From NCBI RefSeq assembly GCF_033153115.1, contig NW_026889761.1, positions 24,800,001-24,864,000 on the forward strand: 64,000 bases of DNA. The letters are read 5' to 3'. This stretch comes from Saccostrea echinata. Lineage: Eukaryota. Of this stretch, positions 50,805-64,000 are shown one piece after another. The position numbers and the translations under genes were made by a program. Below the pieces are notes generated by a model. The model had not been told where the DNA came from. It was given only the letters and a program-made list of their open reading frames with translations, and made no database searches. Each line of letters starts with the position of its first letter. The first letter of the stretch is position 1.

Positions 50805-53800
50805 GTAAAGAACTTTACCCGAAAAATACATGGCAATTTTCAGATAGTCATACTTTCGAAATAGGTGAAACACAGTGTAAACTGTGTCTCAGATTTACCA
50901 GAAAATTGTGAAATATCTCGTTTTAAAATATCCAGTCTTATTTGGAAACCGAGACAAATAGAAAACCAAAAACTGAGAACCAAACGAAAGTCAAAAAAAT
51001 TGGAATATCTTGATTGTCATTAAAAAACGTTAAAAACTTATAAGTTTCTTTAAAATTGAAAAAAAAGGGGAGAAAAAATCAAAATTTTCAAAATTACTTT
51101 GAATTTTACTTGAGTCTGTTATTCTATCAATGACTGTTTAATGTGTTTATATCTCGAATCATCATCATATTCTCTGTATGTATAATATAGGAAACACATG
51201 TTAAAAGTGTCTCTCTAGCTGTCCGTCTCTCTAGGAAAGTCCAGAAACTAGATCAACTTTCAATTTGCTGAATTGGGGACCAATCGTACACAATAAATTT
51301 TATCACAATTTTGTCCTTTTAATGCAAATGAGATTGGTGCCAAGGGTGTAAACTGTTTTTACTTGGAATTATCACATTGTAGGTAATAAATATTATTAAT
51401 TAACCAAAAACTAAATTTTCATACTTTCTTTTGTATTTGATCGAGAGACAGTCAAAAAAATTGATTTACATGTAAATCAAAATTTCTTTTATCTGTCAGT
51501 TCAATATGTGCTCGTCGAAATTTTGCTCATGAAATATTTGTAACAATTATTAGTTTATAGACCATGTAGATCATTTTTCTGAGGAAGGGAGTAAAAGAAA
51601 CTATTTACAATTATAATTCAAGGTTGTACTTTTTTGTGGGTGGAGATACAGGATTTATTAAGTAAAAGGTATTTAATCAACTTTTTTTTCAAAAGTAGTA
51701 TGTGTTTTGTGTACAAATGTGATAAGGACATAAAAACCATGGTTTGCAATTAAACTATTGCATCTGTGATTTGTATTGCTTTCAGTGCATTAGCCTAGCA
51801 TGCACATGACAAAGTACTTTATTTGGAATACAATATTGAACATCATCCGGGAAAAAAATTAAATTTTTCAGAGCTGAGATGCTGAGGGGTGTTTTATTGC
51901 TTTTCAAACCTATCTACAATATTGGGTACAATATTATAAAAACTGCATTATTCAGATTAATCTGTTTATAAACACACACGTAAAACGTCATTCGAATTTC
52001 TAGAAAAGCCTGTGTGGTCTAGATTTTAAAAAAAAAAAATCAGTCAAATTGTCGGAATGAATACAAGAATTTTTCTGAAAAAAATATTTTCTTTATCTTA
52101 GAAATGGAACTTTGACAACATATTGATCAATAAATTAAACTTATTGACATGAAAACAAATAAACATCCCACAATTTCCTCTAGCAAGAGAACTGCTAAAT
52201 TGTGGCCATACTAGTACTGAAAAAATAAAAATTAGTCATAAAAAAAGAAACTTGAAATGAAAGACTAAGTACAGTGTATGGCTCGTATGTTGTGACTTAA
52301 AAACAGTGTAAGTCCATGGTATTTTATAATTATTATTATTGTTTATGTCTTTTATAAAGGTAATTTCTAATGTTACAGTACATGTATTTAAGACATACAT
52401 TAAGAGTCTCCTAATTAGTCCAAAGAGAGCTTCTATGTCTATCTTAAGAAGTGTCCTAGGAACTTCTTCAAATTTCTCATAAGTCGTATCTTGAAATTAT
52501 TCCTAGGAACCTTTCGATAGCATGTCTGCTGGACTTCTACAACTCTTCTAAAACTCTTTGAAAACTGAATTTATACGCGGGCTTCCACCGCATACGTCTT
52601 GACAGCACCAGAAAATCAATGCGCCGCCCCCCTGATTTTGTTCTCAGGCAGCCAAGGTATCACGAACCCCTAAATGACCCCGAGTTTGGTCGGTGCAACC
52701 CTTGGTCATTGGGAGTGCAAATTAATTTTTCCACGGTGAACTTATGTTTCCTTTTGAATTTGATTCATAACATTTACTTAAAGATTTGAATGGGAATGGT
52801 TATAGATAAAAATCATTTCCTCTTAAATTGACGTCATGCAGTTTTCGACACAGGAGGCCTCAATTAGATCATAACTGGTTTTTGTTTTTAGAAAAAATAA
52901 ACAATTTAAGTGTTCTTCCCGGCTTTTACTTTTTAAAATTTTTTATGTTCATGACTTTTATCATATACAAATATCCATTTATCTAAATCTTAAAATACCT
53001 TTACCAGTCAAAGGAATATTTACAGCTATATGAAAATGTGGTTTTTGCGGTGACGGCTCTTGATAATCCCCTTTGCTTTTTAAATAAATCATGGTCAGTT
53101 CAATTGAGATTTATATACGCTCCCTGACATTTGTAACTCAAAAAATTAATTATTCTTTAATCATAATTAACTGTTCCTTAATATGGACAATAAATCAATT
53201 TTCACTGTTTTTGAAAATCCGACTAAAAACAAGTCTGCACTGGTACGTTGTAGGACTGCTTTTTATGAAGTGAATATTATTTATTAAAATACATTACATT
53301 AATTTTCTACACTGAATGTTTTGCCCCCCCCCCCCCCCCCTGCATATGCGTATTCTTCTTATAGCAAAGTCTAGTTCTTGACGTTCTTGTATAACAGAGA
53401 AGGTTCGCAATATTCATGAATGTAAAATTTCTTTCGAGTGTACTAGTGCTTTGGTCAGTGTATTGTCATTGTGATTGTGCAGTTAGGGTTTTACTTTGGG
53501 GTTACTGGTACCAGAAATCTATGCGAAATCAACACGAAATTGCACTCTAAAAGTTAGACAGGAAGAAGTCAAAACTTCTTATAGCCTTAGAGAGTACTTT
53601 TTGAACCAAAAAAAAAATGAAGTCGCGCACTCTAGAAGCTCGATAAGGATCTCGTACATAATTTTGTTTCGTTGAAAATGTAAATCTTTGACAGCTCCAA
53701 TGACCGAAAATTGAATTCTAAACACTTTCTTATCCATTGCTCATCTATTTCGTTTCAATGCAAGCACTGAACCTTCTCTACTGGTGATGGATTGCACAAT

Positions 53801-55913
53801 GCATGCACGGCACATTGTACAAGCAATTCTAAAACAAACGTCATATTTAAAAAAAAGTGTCTCCGTCATCTACTTATTACAGTCAAACCTGGGATTTACA
53901 ATTCATTGTCTTTACAGAGGTGAACACACCACAGCCAATTGAACCCTCTTTGTTTCAAGAATCTTGTTCATCATTTTGAGAGATCTTGCGGTAAGAGACT
54001 GGGTTTCAGGTTTTTCATGAAGCACTAATTTATTGTCTAAACGTAAATAAAATGACACCTTTTACATCCGTTATTTAAGCTTAAGGAAGCTCTGCTCACT
54101 GAAGAGTTCTATTCTATGGTATAGTTTATGCAGAAAGAGTGATCTGCCCTTTGAGGCAAGATAGAAAGAGGACATCGTTTTCATTAGATAGAAGTGTTCT
54201 TAACACTGTATAAGACCAAGATAAATTATTTGAATACTAATATATTATTTGCATTTATTGTCCCAATGAAAATAAACAACGGTGATTTCCAATACTTCAT
54301 TAATTCTGGAACATTCTTCCTTGAGAAATTTGGCGGGTACCTTGTGTTGAAAATGACCTAAATAAACTCAATATTTACATGTTTTCTCAAAGCCCCCCCC
54401 CCCCCCGGAAAAAAACCCCACGTTTTTTCCTCTTAGTGTTTAGAGCTTCCTTGAAATATTAACCCAGTAAGGAGTCCATAGACTTCATGCAACATGTAGT
54501 ACATGTAAGTACTTCATTTCTTCTTAATTGAGACTCTGTTTACAGGGACATGCAGTGTTGTTTTTTCCTGCACTGTTTCCTGCACAACAAAGAAGATATT
54601 ACTAAGAGGTACATCATAAGGAAGATCTCATATAATAGCAAGGACACACTTACATAAAAGAAAATAGATACTGTGATGATTTTCCTTTTGCGCAATGAAC
54701 ACTGTGATAATTCCACATCCTGTTTTTCTTTCCTTGAATCTTGATGTCAGTCATATCAGAATGACAATAAAAAACAAAGACTATGATATTAATTTTTAGT
54801 ATATTTTAATTGTTCATATTAATAATAAATGGGACACTGAGTGAAGTATCCCACATTATATGAGGTACATAAAACATTTATATTGCATGTTGCTATGACA
54901 ACAGGACATTCACTACTGGTACTCTGAGGACAAGTTTATAAAAATTAAGAAAATATAAAAAAAAAATTGGAATTTTTGTTAAAATCGATATTTGTTCTGC
55001 TGCAATCTTTTTTATTGAAATTGCTGCAACTGTTAGTTCCTAATCAGAATAGCTGTTCAGATTGTACTTTCTCTTTGAAAAAGAATGCAAGTGGCACATT
55101 AAACCCTATAAAGGGAAAGACAACTCCAACCAACAAAGGGAGGTTAACACCACACAATGATTGATAAATGCTGTTTGATGTTGCATAGAGTTAAAGCACC
55201 AGTATTCTACAAGATATTTACATATTTACAAAATGATTATTGGCACTTGGTTTTAAACAATGTACATTCAACTGGAGAATTTTATACAAAATAAAAATAA
55301 ATATTCGTTGACATTCTTCCCTTATGATAGGCAAGAATACACTATGTACAATTACAGTTGTATTTACAGGATTTTCACACGCACCACTCTCTCATGAATT
55401 ATTCCCCTTTGAACACTTGATCAGTGTTGAGTTATTGCAAGCATAACAATGTTTATAATAATTATAAGCAAGTGACACAGAGGAAATAACACAGATATTG
55501 ATTATAACAAGCTTAAGATTTTTGAGGTAATTTGGTATAAGTGACAACTATTTACAAATTTCTTGTTCAGAGTATTTCATTTAAGTAAATGAATAGTTCT
55601 TTATGTCGAAAACTTAATATCATCATCAGTACATGACAATAAACATATAGAAAAAATGACCTTAATAACAGTATTGCCTTATCTCAGAAACTCCCTGAAT
55701 TCATAACCACAGCCAGTTTTCTTAAACACTGCGGACCTAAAACATCACAGTTTAATTCTGTCAATTTAATATTAATAGCAAAGCACTTTAAGGATCTCCC
55801 TGCATGACACCTGTTACAACACAAAAGCTGCCTATTTCTGACAATCATTTGTAAACATATGAACTGCATGGCAGTGAAACAAGTGACATGAATTTTGATT
55901 AAGTTTGTGATAT

Positions 55914-58900
55914 TTACACATATGAGATATCAGGATCCTCCTCAGTGCGGTAACTGAAGGCCTGAGGGCCCCCCAACCGTCGGTGGGATGGTAAACTTTT
56001 GGTGGGTGGGGTGCTCCTCCCCGTGCTCCCACTCCCTACACTACTCTGACTGGACATACTCAATCTTGAGGTGTCTGGTCGGCGAAATGGTGGGGGAGGT
56101 TGGTAGGGAGGGGGTGGGGGACGAACACCAGTGTCCTTGACATTGTCACTAAATGGTTTAGCTCCATCTTTGTCATAGATTTGTTTCAAAGATTTCACAC
56201 TCCAGGGAAGATCTTGTTTTCTCTGTGATTTGTCACTGTCTCTATTGACCATGTCCAAACTGGCAGATAGACGATTTTGAGCTGTGCTGGACCTTGCATA
56301 CAGATCTCGGTGGTTGGCTATGACAGTAGAGTCTCGTGATTTAGATAGCACTGTCAGGTTCCTTCTTGGCGACTCCTGGGACTCTGTCCTTGGTGAACTG
56401 GCTCTTTGACTATCAACAAAGTCATGTGATTTAACCATTCGCTTCTCCCGAATTAGATTACTTCCTTGTGAGCTTGGATTATGAACACTTAATTCAGGTT
56501 TAGGGATGGATTTTACACCAAGTTCTTTTTGTGGGGATCTTTTTGCACTACTACCTCTAGAAACAGGAGGATTGTTCACTTTTTGTTCTGTATGAAGGGA
56601 AGATGATGATTGAGCACTATCTAATGAACCATAGTTGGCTTTAAATGTTAAAGGATTTGTCTTTGGGAAATGATGGCGGGGTATAACGGGGCTCGACTCA
56701 GAACGGTCTCGTTGATTTGGTGAGTTTTGTCGTGAGTCAGTGACTGTCTCTGATGAACTATTTGACACACTAGATGAGGAATGACTCAACCTTGTGGTGG
56801 AAGGAGAGGAGTCTCTATGCGTTGAATGAACCCGATAGTTGGGGGAGGGCTCTCTGTGACGAGAGACCACACTCACTTTGTTCACATACTCTGCAGAGTC
56901 ACTAGAACTTCTCTGTATATTGGTTGCACTCACATTTGAAATGTTTTTGTTCTCGAAATGAGGTCTCTGAGATTGTTCTTCAAACAATTTCATAGATTCC
57001 TCATAAAGTTGCTTGGGATTTTTCTGAGACAAAGACACATACACATCCTCCTCTGTACTTTCACTTCCACTTTCAGAGGTTGTCGACTCATCCAAGGAGG
57101 GTCTCCTGGGTGTAGATTCCTGTGCATTTAATTTACGAATCGATTCCTCATACAAACTCTTGGCTCGCTTTTGTCTCTCTTTTTCCATTTGAATGTCTTG
57201 TTCAGAAATTTCCAAAGGAAGTCCTTTTTCAATCATATTTTTCCTTCTGACAGCCTCGTCATAAGAAGGTGGTTTCTCAGGCCTTGACACAGCGGGACTA
57301 TCTGAATTGTTTGTCAAGGTTACATCACTGTCACTATCACTTTTTGGTGTGGGTACATGCTTTGTAACATGTGCCTCTGTTTTAAAGGTGTCTTTCTCAA
57401 ACTGAGAGATAATAGCACTATCATAACTGGCACGCATTGGTGTGTTTGCTGCTGGTTTTTGCACTGATTTATGTTGCTGTAGCACAACATGTGGGGGAGG
57501 GGATGTCCCCAACCCTGGGGTAGCATATTTAGAAAGCTGTTTAAGAGGACTACTTGAATGTGACAAATCCATAGCACTTTGTCCGTAACGCGATGACGTA
57601 GAATCAGAAAGTTTATCTTGTGAGAAAGAAGAGCGAGGTAATGGAAATGATTTGGCTTGGGACAAGTTCAAATGTAAATCCAGACTTGTTGATTTTCTCT
57701 TGCTCCGAGGTGAAACAGGTGGTGACACTAAGTACTGAACATTCTGTATTGATTTTGGCATTGGCATGGTCAGACTGTTTGACCTTTGGAAATTTATTGA
57801 AGAATCGTCTTTAAACTCACGAGCAGATTCAAATGACTCCCGGAAGCTCTCGTCTGCTGTAAACCACTGATCACTATTGTCTGTGTCTTTGCTGTATTGT
57901 CTGTTCAAATACGAACTCATGGAGTCCGTGAGAGAACTGTCTAATGAACTGTATGAGAATTTTGACTGAGGTGAGGTGGGTGGGGTGCTTTCAGCCACAG
58001 ATTTTTGTCTCTGAAGTCTGTTCTCGCGTTCTCGAGATAATCTAGTCATCGGACCTGTTATCTCAGCTGGATAACTCACATGTTCGTCTTCAAAGTACAG
58101 GTGACAGCCACTCCTTGATTTGACAAGAGTTGTATTCACACGACTTTTAGCAGCATTGTCCAGATTTTCTTGTGAACTGTACAGTCCTGAATCTCGACTA
58201 AGACTAGAGGGAGAAATATGACTCTTTGCGAGATTCGGACTGGAATCATCAAAGTACATCCTTTCCAAACTATCGACTGATGAGTCATCATGCCGCATAA
58301 TGCCACCTACAAAAGCAAAGGAATGTACAAGTCAGATGTAAAATTTTCAAAATTCAGTTTAGAATCAACATTTAATGTAGCACGCTGCTGTTCTTTGTAC
58401 TTACTTGCCGAGTCAGCCATGCTGAGCACGCTGTGCATGCTATCAGAATCTGTGCTAGAGTCCTGCCTAATCTTGTGCTCCAGTAAGTCCCCAAAAAGAT
58501 AAATCACGTCCTCCCCAAAAAGTTCTACACAGTTCATGATGAGGTACTCCACTATCTGCTGAGGGGATTTAGCCATGGCGAGGGCTCTCATAGGGTCGTC
58601 CCCTTGTTTGGCCCAGAGGATACTGGGAGCGATGCACACGGAGAGGTTATACGATGTCATCATGTTCTCCTTGTGGTTCTTATCGATGTGGTACAGCACA
58701 CATAATAAGTGCTTCAGAAGCTCTCTGTGACCCTCGGGAAGCTTGTTCAGAAGACTGTTAAAGAGAAATAGGAAATTTATTTGTTGTTCTCACATTAGAG
58801 GAAGTGTATTTAATTATCAGTTTTTAGGAATGATCAAATAATATATATATAATTAATATTCATTTCAAAAGTTCATTGGTATTAATTTTCAATATGAAAT

Positions 58901-61900
58901 TAAATATATTTATAGTGATTTTTTAAAAATCAAATTTGAATAAGGAAGCCTATTTTTATTCTAATTAAAAAATGTAAGGAACTGACTCATTTCCAGATCT
59001 TTCAAATATTTGAATAATTTCTCGCATAAGAGACTTCAAGATGGCAATCGGAGTGATAAATGTTGTGAAGTGAGGAGTCATATGATTTCAAATCAATCAT
59101 CCTCTATTTACACAAAGAATCAATTGCCCATCACCCTAAACTGTTATAACGGGCAATTGATGAGTCAATTACAGGGTATGGAAAACCAAAGAAGATCAGG
59201 CCCCCAGACTTCAAAGCACTGTGGTCATCTAGCCTAATTAAAGCATGGACATTAAGTCCTCCCTTAAATGGATGCGGTTTTGTTAATGCCATCACTAACT
59301 GACAGAAGAATAAACTTTGAGTCAGTCAGTACAGTCAAAGGCCTGGAAACTTGGTCAGGTTTTAAAATACCTGTGGTTCTAACATGCTTAAATGAATTTG
59401 CCATTATGTTTCAACAAAATAAATAAAGGGCCTGATAATAGGGAATGGTCATATACACCTACGTATGTATATATAGATATATCTACTACACGTTATACGC
59501 ACAAGGACTTCTAGGGCATACCTGTAAAACTATCAAACTTTAAACAATAACTGGGGGCCATTTTTTAAATCTTTCAATGAAATTGACAATCCATAACCAT
59601 ATCAATAGATCAGATCTCCAAAATAGGGGGGAAATAAATGTGTGTGATCAGATCTAGATAGGGACTGACTCATCAAAAGAAGATGTCATTTTATGGCAGG
59701 GAGAACATGCATTTACAGTGTCTTATAAGTCCCTCTACATACGAGACCTGTGGACAGCCTTTCATGTCACTTAACAAAACACATGTTAAACACTTAGCTC
59801 TATTGTGTTGGCCTTCACTTAAAACATCTTCATGCCCTACAGTGATGGTAGGGTAATAATTACGCTATCATATCATTAGATTGAGAAGACTTTATTTCTG
59901 TTAATTGCTGATCATAAACTTGACAAATTGTCTTTGATATTTTTAGCTTTACCTTCTGACTTTTTCCAGCTTCTGTGGGGAGTTTTCCTCCTCAGTGAGG
60001 CTGATCCATTCCTCGAAAAACTCCTCATATAGAAGACAATGTGGTAAACTCCTGAGGTATTCCTAAAGAACACACAAAAAAAAAAAACTGTTAGTGTCTT
60101 CTAGAAACAGCTTTAAATCACCTGGCTTTCCCTAATTTCCCCTTATTTTTATCTATTGTAGAATAGGAAAAACTTACTTTCAGTAAGTGTCCAATGACAA
60201 GAGTTGGGGTCTCCTCATCTAAACAATCTTGGCCCTCGTCCAGCTTCTGGTGAAGTTCTTTGGCCAGCTTGATGTTGCAGGACTTTCTGAACACCCCTTT
60301 GGTGTATGGGCCATTTATGATCACCAGTCTCATCAACTCCTGAATATTAGAAAAAATCAATATTAGCATAATTTGAAAAAAAAAAATCATTTTCAAGTAC
60401 ATGTATAATTAACTCAATTTTAAGAATACACTGAATTTGCTTCAAATCTATTTATCGTCTCCATTTACTAAAAGAATGTCAAAGTTACAGAAGAAATCCC
60501 TTTTTAGTGGGCAGAGGGTCCCTCCACAAGAAGTGTCATTTTGCAAAGCAAGAAAGAACCAGGATTCTTACCATAACAGCTTTTGGCAGTTGCCCATCTT
60601 GCATGACATCCTGTAGTGGATGTCCAAACAGTTTGCCGGGAGGGGTCGTGTTGTTATTCTTATCATCCTTCCCTCTCTTGAAGAAATTGAAAGGAGACTT
60701 TTTACTCTTGGACTTATTCCCCTTATTGCTCTCATCTGGAAAAAAAAGAGGAAAATTAATACATCTCAAAGTTGTCCATTACCTATGCATCCTGTCTAAG
60801 AAAGAGCACTCTTGGATTCAGAATTAGCCTATACATACATGGATACAGTCTCATCGACCTCTGAACGGCCACCATGGTTGCAAAGCTTTGTATTATCTGA
60901 TCATTAGAGAAATGGCCTTAAGCGTGTGGTGTGTTCCTTGTACAGATACACACTAAATTATTTTGCTAACCAGCTTTTACTTTTAAACCATGTTTTGATT
61001 TAGGATCTCAAAACAACCCTTCTGTAAGATTAAAACTCCCACTCCTGCTACCTAAAGGGGTAAAAAACATTTCACTCATCCCCAAATTCCTTGACACAGT
61101 TCCATAGTGAAGAGCACAGACTTCAAAACAAGAGTCTTTTATTTAGAGAGAAAAGATTAAGTAATTTAATCCAAGCTTAAGCCAGTTCCTTTTAAAGTCT
61201 GACCATGCAGCAATCCATTGTCCACTTGTGAAATTTTTTGAATTGGTCAAGAAAAAAGCTCTATAAATTGTTTTTCTGTCCAGCCAGCTTTTATGAATGA
61301 CTTGTGGTCATAAACAAGAGATCATTATAAATATAGACCGAAGTGGACAAAACAGGGTAAATCTCCTAACAACTTTATCTGGAATTTTCTAGTCCCTTGC
61401 CAAACTATTTCAAGAGCCTACTTCATGTTCAAAACAGGAGCGGAAAAGAAACTAAAACTTTAAAGTAGGTCAATACTACGAGAACTTTTGAATATACCCT
61501 ATAAAATTTTTCAAGACATTTTCAAACCATTTCCGTGCTGAGTTGTCACTTTAGAAACATAAATTTTGCATTCAGCCTAATGAATTTTCAAACTTATGTC
61601 AGTAGGTCTCCTAACTTTTGGCAACTAAAGGTGTTGGCTTGATAATTGACACTTTAATGAACATTCACAGAGTTATTAGAATAAAATTTAACAATAGAGA
61701 AATGAAATTTATTGTTTTAAAAAGAGATGAAGTTAAGAAAACTCATCAATCTTGGTTTTCTATTTGCATAATGACATATTACTATACAATGTAAGTGAGG
61801 GGTTGCATTTTTATTGTTCCAAGTTTCAGCAACCAAATATAATGTAGCTGCAGGTACTGTTAATAACAGTTCATGGCAGCAAACTAAAAGTAAATCTGCT

Positions 61901-63604
61901 GATAATAGAGAGAGAGAAAGGGAACTTAAATCTAAAGTCAAGTTTTACAAATTAGGTAATTAATGCAAGAAATCTCCATTAAAACAATAAAATTTGGTCG
62001 GACCACAAGAGGATGTTCTTCTGAACACTTGGGCCAAGTGCCAAAAATTTACTACATACCACCTACCAAGCTGAACTCTAACTGCGGAAAAATATCCACG
62101 ATTGTGACAGAGATCTGCTAGTTAAAACGTGAAGCCCCCAAAAGATACAATGTAAACTAAAAACTAAATAAAATCTCAGAGTCATTGCGGTCTATAACAC
62201 AAATTGTCATTTTCGTAAATTGGGATCAGTGCCAGCAGATTTGACTATTTCAGAGATAAGAATAAAGGTATTGTACCAATCAATCTTACAACCTCATATA
62301 CAAACATAATTCATTCATCATTCTTTCCAGATATACATTAAGAAACCGTGGAAATTTTTTCTGGAGCATAAAAAATATTTACTTACATGGTTCAGTTATC
62401 AAGTATGACTTATTAACATATCGTCATATTAACCTATCCCTAAAATGCCATCTGGTCAAGCAAAATCTCTAAATCAGTGTATCTACTAGGGGAGATATAT
62501 ATATTACTTTAGATTAAATTCGGCAGAAATTAACGAAGCAAAGACAACAGGTGTTGTTTGGAACACATAAGGTCACAGTGTTTTGCCAGAAAAACTAAAC
62601 TTCATCATTCAGAACGTAATACATGCCCATAAGGATGAATTTTCTCCTAATTATAAACTCCAAACATATAATTAATGAGTGGATGAAAATCTTTATATGG
62701 TGTATGTTATAGGTGAAGTATGGAATAATTTTTAGGACTGAGCTTGAAATTTATGACTGTAAGCCTAATATTAAATTTAGGAGGAAAAAATATCAGTTTA
62801 ACTGTCAAGCATAAATTCATCAAGTTGCCCCAACTGCGTGTCAGAATTTCAAAAATATACTGTCAACATTTACAAATACCCAGTACATGTACTATTATGT
62901 TAAACATTAATTGCAATACAAACAAGTACCTGCTACTCTTAAGATTATGTCATGATTTGGTCACATAATGTTATTTTGGTAGAAAATCAGAGTAATATTG
63001 AGTAATTTTAAACAGTAGCTGGGTGTTTTTTAACATGATTATACCAGATTAAGGAATTAAAGCATCTTTTGTGACTATTTATATAATTTCATGTCCTGCA
63101 GATAGACAAAAGTTTGATAGAAATGTTTAATCCATTTCTGGTATGGGGATTATAACACGTGAAAGCACAGGTCCCCATTAGGACTTCAGTTTTCAGTTTA
63201 AACAAGAAAACTCTAAAGTTTAAATATCCCATTCAAGAATCTGCACAAAATAAGCTCAGTAAGTCAAGCTACCAAAGGAGAAGTAGACCAATTCAATTGT
63301 TAAAGAATAGTAGGGAATTTCTATTTAGTAAATTATTTATAAATATTTCTGTTTCTTACAAAAAAGATCACAAAATTGGAAGAAGTTGATAAGATATATT
63401 ACAGAAAACTTTAGGTATTAGTACTAGTAAAATACTGACCAAAGCTCAAATGTTTCTTGGATCCCTTTAGCCTGTTTTGGAGGATGAATTCTGGAGTTTT
63501 CCCCTCCCCCTCGGGGTCCATTCCATCCAATGACACCATGGGGTCGTCAGTTTTAGCGAGATCTCGTAACTGGCTGAACTTTATACTGTGCGGCAATTCA
63601 TGTC
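55914..63604 (-). CDS. ARHGAP20: Rho GTPase-activating protein 20-like, 5'-partial (exons 63604-63440, 60735-60572, 60339-60178, 60062-59953, 58754-58405, 58306-55914)
   Basis: GHELPHSIKFSQLRD (end of the RA-region motif). RhoGAP motifs LFGHPL, GPYTKGVFRKS (arginine finger), LKEYLRSLP and NMMTSYNLSVCIAPSILW. Intron phases are consistent. Long Ser/Pro-rich tail. Confidence 0.88.
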
Positions 63605-64000
63605 CTTAAAACAGAAAATTATATACAAACAATTAGGACACTTTACTGGAAGCCGCTGAAACTCATCTGGTGGAGCGTATAAGGAAATCCGTCGTCAAGT
63701 AGTTCCGTAAAACTTAACAAAACACTTCTCGCCTCTATGTTCATTTCAAACTAACCTTTTATCAAAAACAGCATAATATTTTCCTCCAAAATACTTTTTA
63801 ATCACAGCTTAATATGGAGTCTTCTTTAAAAACAGATATATTTGTAAATCCACATGGTCAATAAAAAAAAATGATCAGAGGTTAATAAACTTGGCACAAA
63901 CTAAAACAGCTCCTTGTGTATCTGGAGACAAGTTATTACAAAATGACAACACAGGGTCTTCTGACATAGACGTGACTAAATGGTCATTCAGGCATAACAA

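Noticed and set aside
50355-50873. Overlapping Arg/Lys-rich ORFs
   Set aside because: Products of a palindromic MITE's internal repeats.
55914-58298. Stand-alone 794-aa gene
   Set aside because: It splices in frame to the upstream RhoGAP exons through the 98-nt intron 58307-58404.

Overview
AT-rich, intron-containing animal DNA. The repeat families and gene families point to a bivalve, probably an oyster (inference). The left half (~1-33 kb) is an innate-immune cluster. It holds three divergent cGAS-like receptor (cGLR / Mab-21 nucleotidyltransferase) genes, interleaved with three RING-less B-box/coiled-coil/NHL-type beta-propeller (TRIM-like) copies: one intact, one pseudogene and one relic. 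cGLR-A (1418-2854) is a cGAS-type enzyme. cGLR-B (minus, frameshifted) and cGLR-C (plus, intact) are NTase-TPR fusions arranged head-to-head, and their predicted first exons flank a short (~200-300 bp) putative bidirectional promoter with two ETS-type motifs. The right half has a 6-exon, kinase-domain-only HUNK-like kinase, a 136-N assembly gap, a phase-consistent 4-exon 141-aa orphan gene that the ORF track misses, and the 3' part of an ARHGAP20-like RhoGAP. Intergenic DNA is packed with nested elements: Penelope-like retroelement remnants carrying a conserved structured 3' motif, tRNA-SINEs with TSDs, mariner/hAT MITEs and Helentron-associated (HINE) satellite-bearing elements. All calls come from manual reading and recalled family motifs; no database search was run.
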